Assembly: GCA_947446595.1 (NCBI GenBank)
Contig: CANFGS010000042.1
Location: forward strand, 1-8,414
Source: Neisseriaceae bacterium
Lineage (GTDB): Bacteria > Pseudomonadota > Gammaproteobacteria > Burkholderiales > UBA11063
Length of the DNA stretch: 8,414 bases
Direction: 5' to 3'
Numbering within the stretch: position 1 is the stretch's first letter; each line of letters begins with the position of its first letter. This document shows, in pieces, positions 1-5,860 of the stretch. Made by a program: the position numbers and the translations under genes. The notes below the pieces were generated by a model, which was not told the DNA's origin, did no database searches, and saw only the letters and a program-made list of their open reading frames with translations.

Positions 1-56
1 GAAACCTTCAAACCCCACTGCTCGCAAGAGTGGTGGGGTTTTTTATTTGCGGCGTG
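1..56 (+). repeat. Copy A of the conserved porin post-stop/terminator element; it is cut by the window edge
   Basis: gaaaccttcaaaccccactgctcgcaagagtggtggggtttttt matches 7034-7077 with 3-4 differences. It also matches the reverse complement of 7632-7676. Weaker similarity to copy B continues for ~12 nt past the T-run (9/12). Confidence 0.8.
10..44 (+). terminator. Rho-independent terminator, presumably for a gene upstream of the window
   Basis: The 11-bp stem is ccccactgctc / gagtggtgggg (2 G-U pairs). It has a GCAA (GNRA) tetraloop and is followed by TTTTTT at 39-44. Confidence 0.8.
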
Positions 57-168
57 TACATCATGCATTAACAATTAGCAATATAGAAACTACTGTCACA
101 ACAATAACGGTTGGCGTGTAAATTAACTGTTGCAATATCACTTGCAATTAACCACAGGAGCACACGCA

Positions 169-402
169 ATGACAGACGCACATGACGCACAAAAGCAACT
201 TGAACAATTACTCAAGCAACAAGAAGATTTAGCAGCAAAGATTGATGCACAACGCAAAGCCAGTCGTGATGCTGCACTGGAAACGGTTAAGAATTTGTGC
301 AAAGCGTACGAATTTAGCGCGGCAGATTTGAAAGGTTACATCAAAGCCACACGCACACGCAGCGCAACTAAAAAGGCAACGCCTCGCAAAAGACGCAGCT
401 GA
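169..402 (+). CDS. Small H-NS-family-like protein: N-terminal coiled-coil/oligomerisation region plus a basic tail, with no recognisable C-terminal DNA-binding domain
   Basis: AGGAG at 156-160 lies 8 nt before the ATG at 169 (the ORF track starts at a TTG at 130). The pattern QKQLEQLLKQQEDLAAKIDAQRK...ETVKNLCKAYEFSAADL resembles the N-terminal half of betaproteobacterial H-NS-like proteins. The protein ends in ...KKATPRKRRS, without a TWxGRG-type motif. Confidence 0.6.
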   Translation: MTDAHDAQKQLEQLLKQQEDLAAKIDAQRKASRDAALETVKNLCKAYEFSAADLKGYIKATRTRSATKKATPRKRRS

Positions 403-502
403 ACAAGCAGCCAGCGTAATTAAGCACTGGGCGCATATTGTTTTACAACAGCACCGTCCAGTAACTGCTACTGCCACTTACCGCACACTAACGTCAGCAC
501 AA

Positions 503-1147
503 GTGCAGCGTTTGGAGCGTGTGTGCACACAGTTGTTGCGTGCTGCACATGCACCAGTAGCTGCTGCCAGCATGCGTGCAGTGCTAACGGCAGACGAATA
601 CGACACATACACAAGCCAACTGACAGCACCGCAAACGCACTATGACGTGCTACGTGAGCAGGGCAGACCAGATGCACTAACTGGATACATTGAACTGCTT
701 AGGCGTGCAGACTTTACAAATGCACGTGCAAACGCTGCAGCAAACCGCGTGAACAATTACAGGAATGCACTTAAGTTACGAGAACAAAGTGACCACGAGT
801 ATGAATTGGCGTGTGAATACATGGAAGAACAATTTAGCGTGTGTGACGCAGGCGAACGTGCGCGGTTGGAAGCGTGGTTGGACAGACCGTTTGACTACGG
901 CATTGGTGGCTTAATTAGCATTGACTGCGTGGGTGTTGCACGTGTAATTGGCAGCACCAGCCAATACTGCAGACACAAACAGGAGCGTGCACAACAGCAG
1001 CTGATTTGGCGACGACAGTGTCAGCTAGATGCTCTTGGAAGTGCGGCGTATGACATGTTGTACGAACCAGATGTTGCAGCCAATCCCACCATGAGCCATC
1101 GACTGTGTGCACTACTGGACAACCTGCGCGATGCAGACACCATTTAG
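503..1147 (+). CDS. Hypothetical protein (214 aa from GTG 503; an alternative ATG lies at 572)
   Basis: This is a long ORF with the same GCA/ACA/CAA codon preference as neighbouring island genes. No clear SD precedes either start. I recognise no family. Confidence 0.55.
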   Translation: MQRLERVCTQLLRAAHAPVAAASMRAVLTADEYDTYTSQLTAPQTHYDVLREQGRPDALTGYIELLRRADFTNARANAAANRVNNYRNALKLREQSDHEYELACEYMEEQFSVCDAGERARLEAWLDRPFDYGIGGLISIDCVGVARVIGSTSQYCRHKQERAQQQLIWRRQCQLDALGSAAYDMLYEPDVAANPTMSHRLCALLDNLRDADTI

Positions 1148-1165
1148 CTTGCAACAGCGTACAAA

Positions 1166-1738
1166 TTAAGCCAATTCAACTGCACGGCGCAGCATGTCAT
1201 CATTAGCGTCAATGTACACAGCAGTGGTGCTGATATTGCGGTGTCCCATCAAGCGCATGAGTACACGTATCCCAGTGCCTTGATTGGCTAAATTGGTTGC
1301 AAATGTTCTGCGTCCACTGTGGCTACTGGCACCATCAATGCCCGCGTTCCTGTACAACCAGCGCACATGTCCTGCAAGAGTGTTAGCAGTAAAGCCGCGG
1401 CGTGGCTTTTGTTGTGTGTAAAAAAACGCCCAGTCACCTGCGCGCTGTTTGGTAGTGTCAACGTAGCGTTGTAATTCCTTGCGCAGTCGCTCACTAACAA
1501 ACACCGTGCGTGCATGACAGCGTTTGGTTTGCTCTGCGCGCAGGTGTATCTCGTCACGTACACGTCCTGCGTCGTTAACAACATCAGCCCATGTAAGTGC
1601 AGCGCACTCACCTACACGTAAACCTGCCAAGTGTTGTAGCAATATGATTGCGCGGTTACGTGGTGCGTGCACACGTGTTGCTATGTGGTCTAGTACTCTG
1701 CGCAATTCCTGCGCACTAAATGTTTTTGCTTGTGCCAT
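1166..1738 (-). CDS. Short (190 aa) tyrosine recombinase / phage-integrase-family protein consisting essentially of the catalytic domain
   Basis: AAGGAG (1753-1748, minus strand) lies 9 nt before the ATG at 1738. Catalytic signature: GLRVGE (Arg I), HSGRRTF (H-x-x-R), GHRNISTTAVY (His ... Tyr nucleophile). No N-terminal arm-binding or SAM-like domain fits in 190 aa. Confidence 0.9.
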   Translation of the reverse strand: MAQAKTFSAQELRRVLDHIATRVHAPRNRAIILLQHLAGLRVGECAALTWADVVNDAGRVRDEIHLRAEQTKRCHARTVFVSERLRKELQRYVDTTKQRAGDWAFFYTQQKPRRGFTANTLAGHVRWLYRNAGIDGASSHSGRRTFATNLANQGTGIRVLMRLMGHRNISTTAVYIDANDDMLRRAVELA

Positions 1739-1830
1739 GTGTCAGTGCTCCTTAAAAGTTCACATAAATAAAGCACTAGCAGTATGTTTTCAGCGAGCCA
1801 GTTTGGGCAACCAGTTTGTGCAATATGCGC

Positions 1831-1853
1831 AGGTCTTTGTGTGTCAAAGACTT
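1831..1853 (-). promoter_or_regulatory. Operator-like palindrome overlapping a -35-like TTGACA, upstream of the short recombinase gene
   Basis: aggtctttg-tgtgt-caaagactt has 9-bp arms with 1 mismatch. On the minus strand it contains a perfect TTGACA (1847-1842). The best -10 candidate at 16-nt spacing is weak (TATTGC). Confidence 0.3.
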
Positions 1854-1981
1854 GCCAATTGGTTCACGGCTAATCGTTATTTTGTGTGGAAATATTTAGT
1901 ACTTTCTGTTGGCCGCACTAAATTAAGCCCTACAAGCTGTCAAATTACTAGCCAGCTACCAGACTAGCTGACAGGTGCTAA

Positions 1982-2026
1982 TGACGTGCTTTTGACGTGC
2001 GTTTGACGTGTTTGCGTGCGCGCACG
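1982..2026. promoter_or_regulatory. Iteron cluster: TGACGTG x3 at exact 11-bp phasing, a degenerate 4th copy, and a perfect 12-bp palindrome
   Basis: TGACGTG occurs at 1982, 1993 and 2004, each in a TTTGACGTGC-like unit. TG-CGTGC follows at 2013. CGTGCGCGCACG (2015-2026) is self-complementary. An A/T-rich tract follows at 2040-2105. Confidence 0.6.
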
Positions 2027-2125
2027 AAATGGGTTTTGCACATGACAAAATCAGTGCTGCGAAAAATTTACAAATCAAAATCTATTTGGTGTGGTGATTT
2101 TTTACCTATACCCACCACATTGATA

Positions 2126-2144
2126 GCGAACTTTGCAAGTTCGC
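2126..2144. other. Perfect 8-bp stem / 3-nt loop hairpin
   Basis: The sequence is gcgaactt-tgc-aagttcgc. No T-run follows on either strand, so I do not call it a terminator. Confidence 0.4.
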
Positions 2145-2280
2145 TTGTGCTTTCACAAAACACCTATCGCTCGTCGCTCAGTGTTTTATTCAGCACACTG
2201 TTGTGTTAAATGATTGAATTGCGAACACAACGCAGTTGTGTGAGTGGTATTGGGTTCATTTAGATAGATTAGATTGGACG

Positions 2281-2331
2281 CACGACGGCTATGTGACTTG
2301 GATAAGAAGTCAACATAACCGCCGTGTCGTG
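2281..2331. other. Long bulged palindrome with a 7-nt centre; candidate recombination core site or structured RNA/ssDNA element
   Basis: The left arm is cacgac-ggc-tatgt-gactt and the centre is ggataag. The right arm is aagtc-a-acata-acc-gcc-gt-gtcgtg. All blocks are complementary, with 6 extra nt in the right arm. Confidence 0.4.
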
Positions 2332-2554
2332 TAGTTTCATTTGAGTGAGTTGAGTCGTTACTACACGCCTGTAACAGAGTTGTGTGGAGACAGATGTATT
2401 GAAACTCCCAGCCGTGTGTTGCACGTACTGCTCTGCGGCATCACCATTTGTCACACGCTGTTACAGCAACGTGTGTAGTGCGGGGTCATTAGCCGTCATA
2501 TTACAACCCGCGTTTGTCCACTGTTAACGTGTTGGTTATCACGTGTGTATTTGA

Positions 2555-2938
2555 TTAGGTGCCTGATTTTGGTAGTAGCTTGTGTGCTGCGAACAGTTGC
2601 CTGTTTACTTTGGTTGCTATGTTTAGGACTGGATACGCGGATTCTGGTTTGAGTCGTGCGCACAGTTTGGTGTTACCAACGCGACGCTGGAAGTCGCGCA
2701 GGGTTTTGGATTGTTCAGTTGTTAATAGATTTGGATGTTGTGTGAGTAGAGTGTGTGCCGTAAGTTGTGCCTTTAGCAGTTTGGGATTTAGGTTGTTAAA
2801 TGTTGCCGTATTAAAGCCTGAGTTTTTAAGCCATTTATCAGTAGCCAACTTGGATTGGTTTTGCTTGCGCAGGATGCCAAACTGGGCATGTGTAAGTTTG
2901 TCTTTGAGTTGTTTCATATAGTTATTTAGCAAGACCAC
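2555..2938 (-). CDS. Hypothetical protein (127 aa from GTG 2938, or 120 aa from ATG 2917)
   Basis: The K/Q/L/T-rich ORF has island-typical codon usage. The overlapping plus-strand ORF (2559-2921) is Cys/Ser/Arg-rich, as expected for an antisense artefact. No convincing SD is present. Confidence 0.55.
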   Translation of the reverse strand: MVLLNNYMKQLKDKLTHAQFGILRKQNQSKLATDKWLKNSGFNTATFNNLNPKLLKAQLTAHTLLTQHPNLLTTEQSKTLRDFQRRVGNTKLCARLKPESAYPVLNIATKVNRQLFAAHKLLPKSGT

Positions 2939-3077
2939 ATAAAAGCAGATAAATTTCTTGGCAGATTTATGGCTTAAAACAGGCAGTTATGAGTGCAATA
3001 ACTGCTGCATGTGCATGATTTGGGCGAATTAGTTGGTAGTGTGCGGGTGTGAATAAATACATAAAAGGAGACCACAA

Positions 3078-3695
3078 GTGCGATTACAGGAATTTGCCAG
3101 TGCAGAAGAACAAATGGCGCTGTGGCGTTTGGTAAGTGACAGTGTGTGGGCAAGTATTGGCCAACAAGCACACCTTGAACGGCAAGAGCGTGCTGCAAAA
3201 GCTGCGCAGGCTAAAACTAAACGCAAACGTGGAAATAGAGCAGGTAGTAAATCAAGCAGCACACCAGTGCCAATTAAGATGCCAAAGCAACCAAATAACA
3301 AAGTTGCAACAGCAAATGCACCAACTGCACCAACTGCAGCCAACACTGCGCCAGTTGGTAATGCTGTGGCTAATGCAAGCACGAGTGGTATGTACAAGAA
3401 TGGCAGCAACACGAATGCAGCAAACAAAATAGCAGCCAATTCAAATGTTGCAATCACGCCAACAACAGCCGCACAACCAAGTCCTGCATTTAGTCCAGCA
3501 CATCCTGCAACACCAACAGTTCCCGCGCCAGCAAATTACAGTACACAAAAAGCGTCTAGCGGGTCACAAGACGCATTTAATTGGCGAAATACACCTACAC
3601 ACAAAAAATTACCAGCCGCCACCGACAGGCATAGTGCAAATGCTTACCGCACACAAACAGTGCATCCAAGTGCACGTGGTGCAATAACCCGATAA
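3078..3695 (+). CDS. Hypothetical protein: short structured N-terminus, a K/R-rich linker, then a long A/T/N/P-rich low-complexity region
   Basis: AAAGGAG (GGAG at 3067-3070) lies 7 nt before the GTG at 3078. Codon choice (GCA, ACA, CAA, CCA) matches the other island genes. I recognise no family. Confidence 0.6.
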   Translation: MRLQEFASAEEQMALWRLVSDSVWASIGQQAHLERQERAAKAAQAKTKRKRGNRAGSKSSSTPVPIKMPKQPNNKVATANAPTAPTAANTAPVGNAVANASTSGMYKNGSNTNAANKIAANSNVAITPTTAAQPSPAFSPAHPATPTVPAPANYSTQKASSGSQDAFNWRNTPTHKKLPAATDRHSANAYRTQTVHPSARGAITR

Positions 3696-3785
3696 ATTGG
3701 CGGTGTAAACATAGAGTGTGGTTGCCCAAGTGTGCGGGCTGACAATAAAGTTTGTGCTGTAACGACAACACAACGGAGTAATTAA

Positions 3786-4238
3786 ATGTCAACAGCAACA
3801 CTTGCAACGCTCTCAGCGTTGAAATTAACAGCAGCACGTAAACCTCGTGCACTACCTGAGGCTGTCAAACGCCGTAACAAACTGCTCAACAAATTAAAAG
3901 AGCAACGCGAACTTGCACTGGCGCAAAGCGAAGGACGTACATATGTGCCCAAACGTCTGCGTACCGTGCGTGACTTGGATGGCAACAGAGTAGTGCGTGA
4001 AATGCCTGTGCGTATCAAGCCTTGGTGGTGGACAGGCGAGAAGAACGAGACACTGCTGAGCGTGTTCTACGGTAGCAAGACGTTGGAGTTGGGCAAAGGT
4101 AAGACAGCAGTTGAAATTGCCAACCCACGCGAACTGGTCAATGTGCTGGATGTGTTGATTACTGCAACGCAAAACGCAGAATTGGATGCACAGATTGATG
4201 CTGCCAGCAATAAGTTACGCGATAGCTTTAAGAAATAG
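3786..4238 (+). CDS. Conserved-looking hypothetical protein (150 aa)
   Basis: GGAG at 3775-3778 lies 7 nt before the ATG at 3786. The motifs RRNKLL..L.EQ...A, IKPWWW, YGSK.LELGKGKTAVE and ELDAQID recall an uncharacterised proteobacterial family often seen near integrases. That link is from memory only and I cannot name the family reliably. Confidence 0.7.
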   Translation: MSTATLATLSALKLTAARKPRALPEAVKRRNKLLNKLKEQRELALAQSEGRTYVPKRLRTVRDLDGNRVVREMPVRIKPWWWTGEKNETLLSVFYGSKTLELGKGKTAVEIANPRELVNVLDVLITATQNAELDAQIDAASNKLRDSFKK

Positions 4239-4277
4239 CTAATGGATAGCAAAGACTAGACAGCAGAGCATTAACGC

Positions 4278-5594
4278 TTAGGTGCGTTTGCTCTGCAGCA
4301 TGGCAATATTTTGCTCACCCGTTACCGTACTGGCGTAGTGGTTGTTGATAACTTCTACGCTGGTACGTGCATTTCGCGCCAATGTCACCAAGTCAATTCC
4401 TTGACCGTACAAGAGCCTAAATGTAATGGCGCTGTGGCGCAGACTGTAAAGGCTTCGCGGATTACCATGCGGATTGAGCTTTAATCCAGTGTGCTGTAAC
4501 ACCCAGTTAAACATATAACTGAGCACGTTCATTGCGTAGCGACGGTTGGGAATGTCTGGCAAGAACAGGTAATCATTTGTACCAATACGCTTGCGTGGTG
4601 TTTGGTACTGGCATATTTGACGGTAAATGCGCACAGCAGGCAGCAGCGTAACAATGGGCGCAGCGTGCAACTTGGTCTCAGGCAATGTCAATCGTAAATA
4701 TGTCTGCTTGCTGTGTACGATTTCCACATGACGGTGGCGTAGCTTAACCAAGTCACCTGGACGGATAAAGCTATTGACCATAAACCCAATCGCCCAAGCA
4801 ACATCTGGTGGCATACGATTGTCGTTGTAGCACTGTTGTAAGCGTTTACGCATGTCTTTGCGTGTGTCTGGATGCGTTGTGCCACGCAGTGCACGTGCAG
4901 CACGTAGCAATTGCCAATATTCTGTAGGTGTAAATGCGCCGCGTGACGTGCTGCGAACTTTGATTTTGGGGACATCTGGCACATGTTCAATTAAACCTGT
5001 GCGTTGTGCATGCGTCAGCACCTTTCGCACAATTACAAGGTAATGGCTAACTGTGGTTGTGCTGAACTTGGCGCTGAGTGTCTGTGCAAATGCCAGTAAC
5101 TTTTGGTAAGTTAATTCACCAATCAACTTGGTGCCAAATGCAGGCAATATGTGTGCATCCAAACGGTTACGAAACATTCGTAAACTGCCTGCACCATATT
5201 CACCGCGTTCAACACGTGCTTGCTCGTTTGCATAAACTTGTGCTGCAACGGCACCAAATGTCATTTGTGCTGGTGTATTGCTGTCATTTCCAGTCGTACC
5301 CTGCAGACTTGCATGCTGGGAATACTTGACCAACAAGTCTTCATAAAACCAACGTGCAAATCTCTGTGCCAACACTAGATTACATGTTTTGGTACTTTGC
5401 TTGTGTGTGCGTCCTGCATGCCAGCAACGCACTTGCCAATATCTACTGGCTGCTATTTTGTAGATAACCAATTTGTTTGGGTAATTTGGTACTGCGGTGA
5501 TGCTTGATGGTATTGGTACGGTGCGTGTGCGTTTAATCAAACGGTCGTTGGCTGCATCAATTTGGTAGTTGGCAACTGTTGTCATCATGCTCAC
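4278..5594 (-). CDS. Tyrosine integrase, 438 aa (phage-integrase family)
   Basis: The C-terminal catalytic domain carries FIRPGD (Arg I), LYSLRHSAITF and LARNARTSVEVINNHY (Tyr nucleophile). The N-terminal ~230 aa is long enough for arm- and core-binding domains. The start is GTG 5594 or ATG 5588/5585, and the SD is weak. Confidence 0.9.
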   Translation of the reverse strand: MSMMTTVANYQIDAANDRLIKRTRTVPIPSSITAVPNYPNKLVIYKIAASRYWQVRCWHAGRTHKQSTKTCNLVLAQRFARWFYEDLLVKYSQHASLQGTTGNDSNTPAQMTFGAVAAQVYANEQARVERGEYGAGSLRMFRNRLDAHILPAFGTKLIGELTYQKLLAFAQTLSAKFSTTTVSHYLVIVRKVLTHAQRTGLIEHVPDVPKIKVRSTSRGAFTPTEYWQLLRAARALRGTTHPDTRKDMRKRLQQCYNDNRMPPDVAWAIGFMVNSFIRPGDLVKLRHRHVEIVHSKQTYLRLTLPETKLHAAPIVTLLPAVRIYRQICQYQTPRKRIGTNDYLFLPDIPNRRYAMNVLSYMFNWVLQHTGLKLNPHGNPRSLYSLRHSAITFRLLYGQGIDLVTLARNARTSVEVINNHYASTVTGEQNIAMLQSKRT

Positions 5595-5807
5595 AGCTTA
5601 AAGTAGCACGCCGCAAAGGTCTAGCAAATAAGTTTTGTGTGTGCAAATTACAGCGTGCGATATCACCTTCAGTCAGCCGCTAAACAACCGTTCCTGCCGT
5701 GCACAAAATAGACTAATTAGTGTTGTTATTTGTGCGTGACATGTAGCGCACTTCAAACCGTACAACTTGTTGCAATTACAAATTGGTGCTGTCAATGTAG
5801 CACCTTG

Positions 5808-5849
5808 CAAATACCTTTTAGCAACTAGCTGCCGCAGGCAAATGTGCAA
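5808..5849 (+). repeat. Conserved leader at the integrase/porin junction (module 1)
   Basis: caaatacc..ctgcc..ggcaaatgtgcaa aligns by hand with the reverse complement of 7817-7855 (caaatacg..ctgcc..ggtaaatgtgcta). About 29-30 of ~42 columns match, with 3 small gaps. Confidence 0.45.
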
Positions 5850-5860
5850 CCCTCGTTGCA

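Larger units (their letters stand above)
57..5849. mobile_element. Putative integrative island segment; the left boundary is uncertain and may lie outside the window
   Basis: It contains two tyrosine recombinase genes, an H-NS-like gene and orphan genes. Its oligonucleotide composition differs visibly from the flanking porin, ORF and terminator DNA. It ends at the conserved leader next to the decapitated porin. Confidence 0.45.

Noticed and set aside
10-44. The thrice-repeated hairpin as a DNA-uptake-sequence pair or a REP-type dispersed repeat.
   Set aside because: In the two copies with visible context it sits at a fixed distance behind a porin stop codon, within a longer conserved 3' UTR. 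This fits paralogous gene ends better. A genome-wide copy count is needed to exclude the alternative.
1881-1892. tgtggaaat as a DnaA box supporting an origin call.
   Set aside because: It matches TGTGGATAA at only 7/9 positions, it is a single copy, and no other boxes were seen.
1997-2209. A 70-aa plus-strand ORF spanning the iteron and A/T-rich region, and the 61-aa minus-strand ORF at 2269-2454.
   Set aside because: Neither has an SD, and both have odd composition with many Cys, Ser and Leu. They run through repeats and hairpins and are more likely non-coding.
2363-2467. CTGTAACAG / CTGTTACAG palindromes as LexA (SOS) boxes.
   Set aside because: The proteobacterial LexA consensus is CTGT-N8-ACAG. 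These have a single-nucleotide centre.
1866-2496. A 9-bp inverted repeat (acggctaat / attagccgt) as fimS-like boundaries of a ~610-bp invertible segment.
   Set aside because: About one 9-bp inverted match is expected by chance within an 815-bp region. It is kept only as a motif note under the structured-region finding.
4263-4306. An 8-bp inverted repeat (gcagagca / tgctctgc) between the convergent genes 3786-4238 and 4278-5594, as a bidirectional terminator.
   Set aside because: It has a 28-nt loop and no flanking T- or A-run, and it overlaps the integrase 3' end. The evidence is too weak to call.
229-5329. Overlapping or antisense ORFs from the six-frame track: 229-477, 468-677, 915-1154, 1288-1611, 1524-1967, 2559-2921, 3136-3432, 3445-3687, 3595-3852, 3782-4018, 3894-4172, 4067-4252, 4688-4990, 4852-5043 and 5078-5329.
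   Set aside because: All are shadow frames of better-supported genes. They have Cys/Arg/His-rich translations typical of the GCA/TGC-rich composition, and none has an SD.
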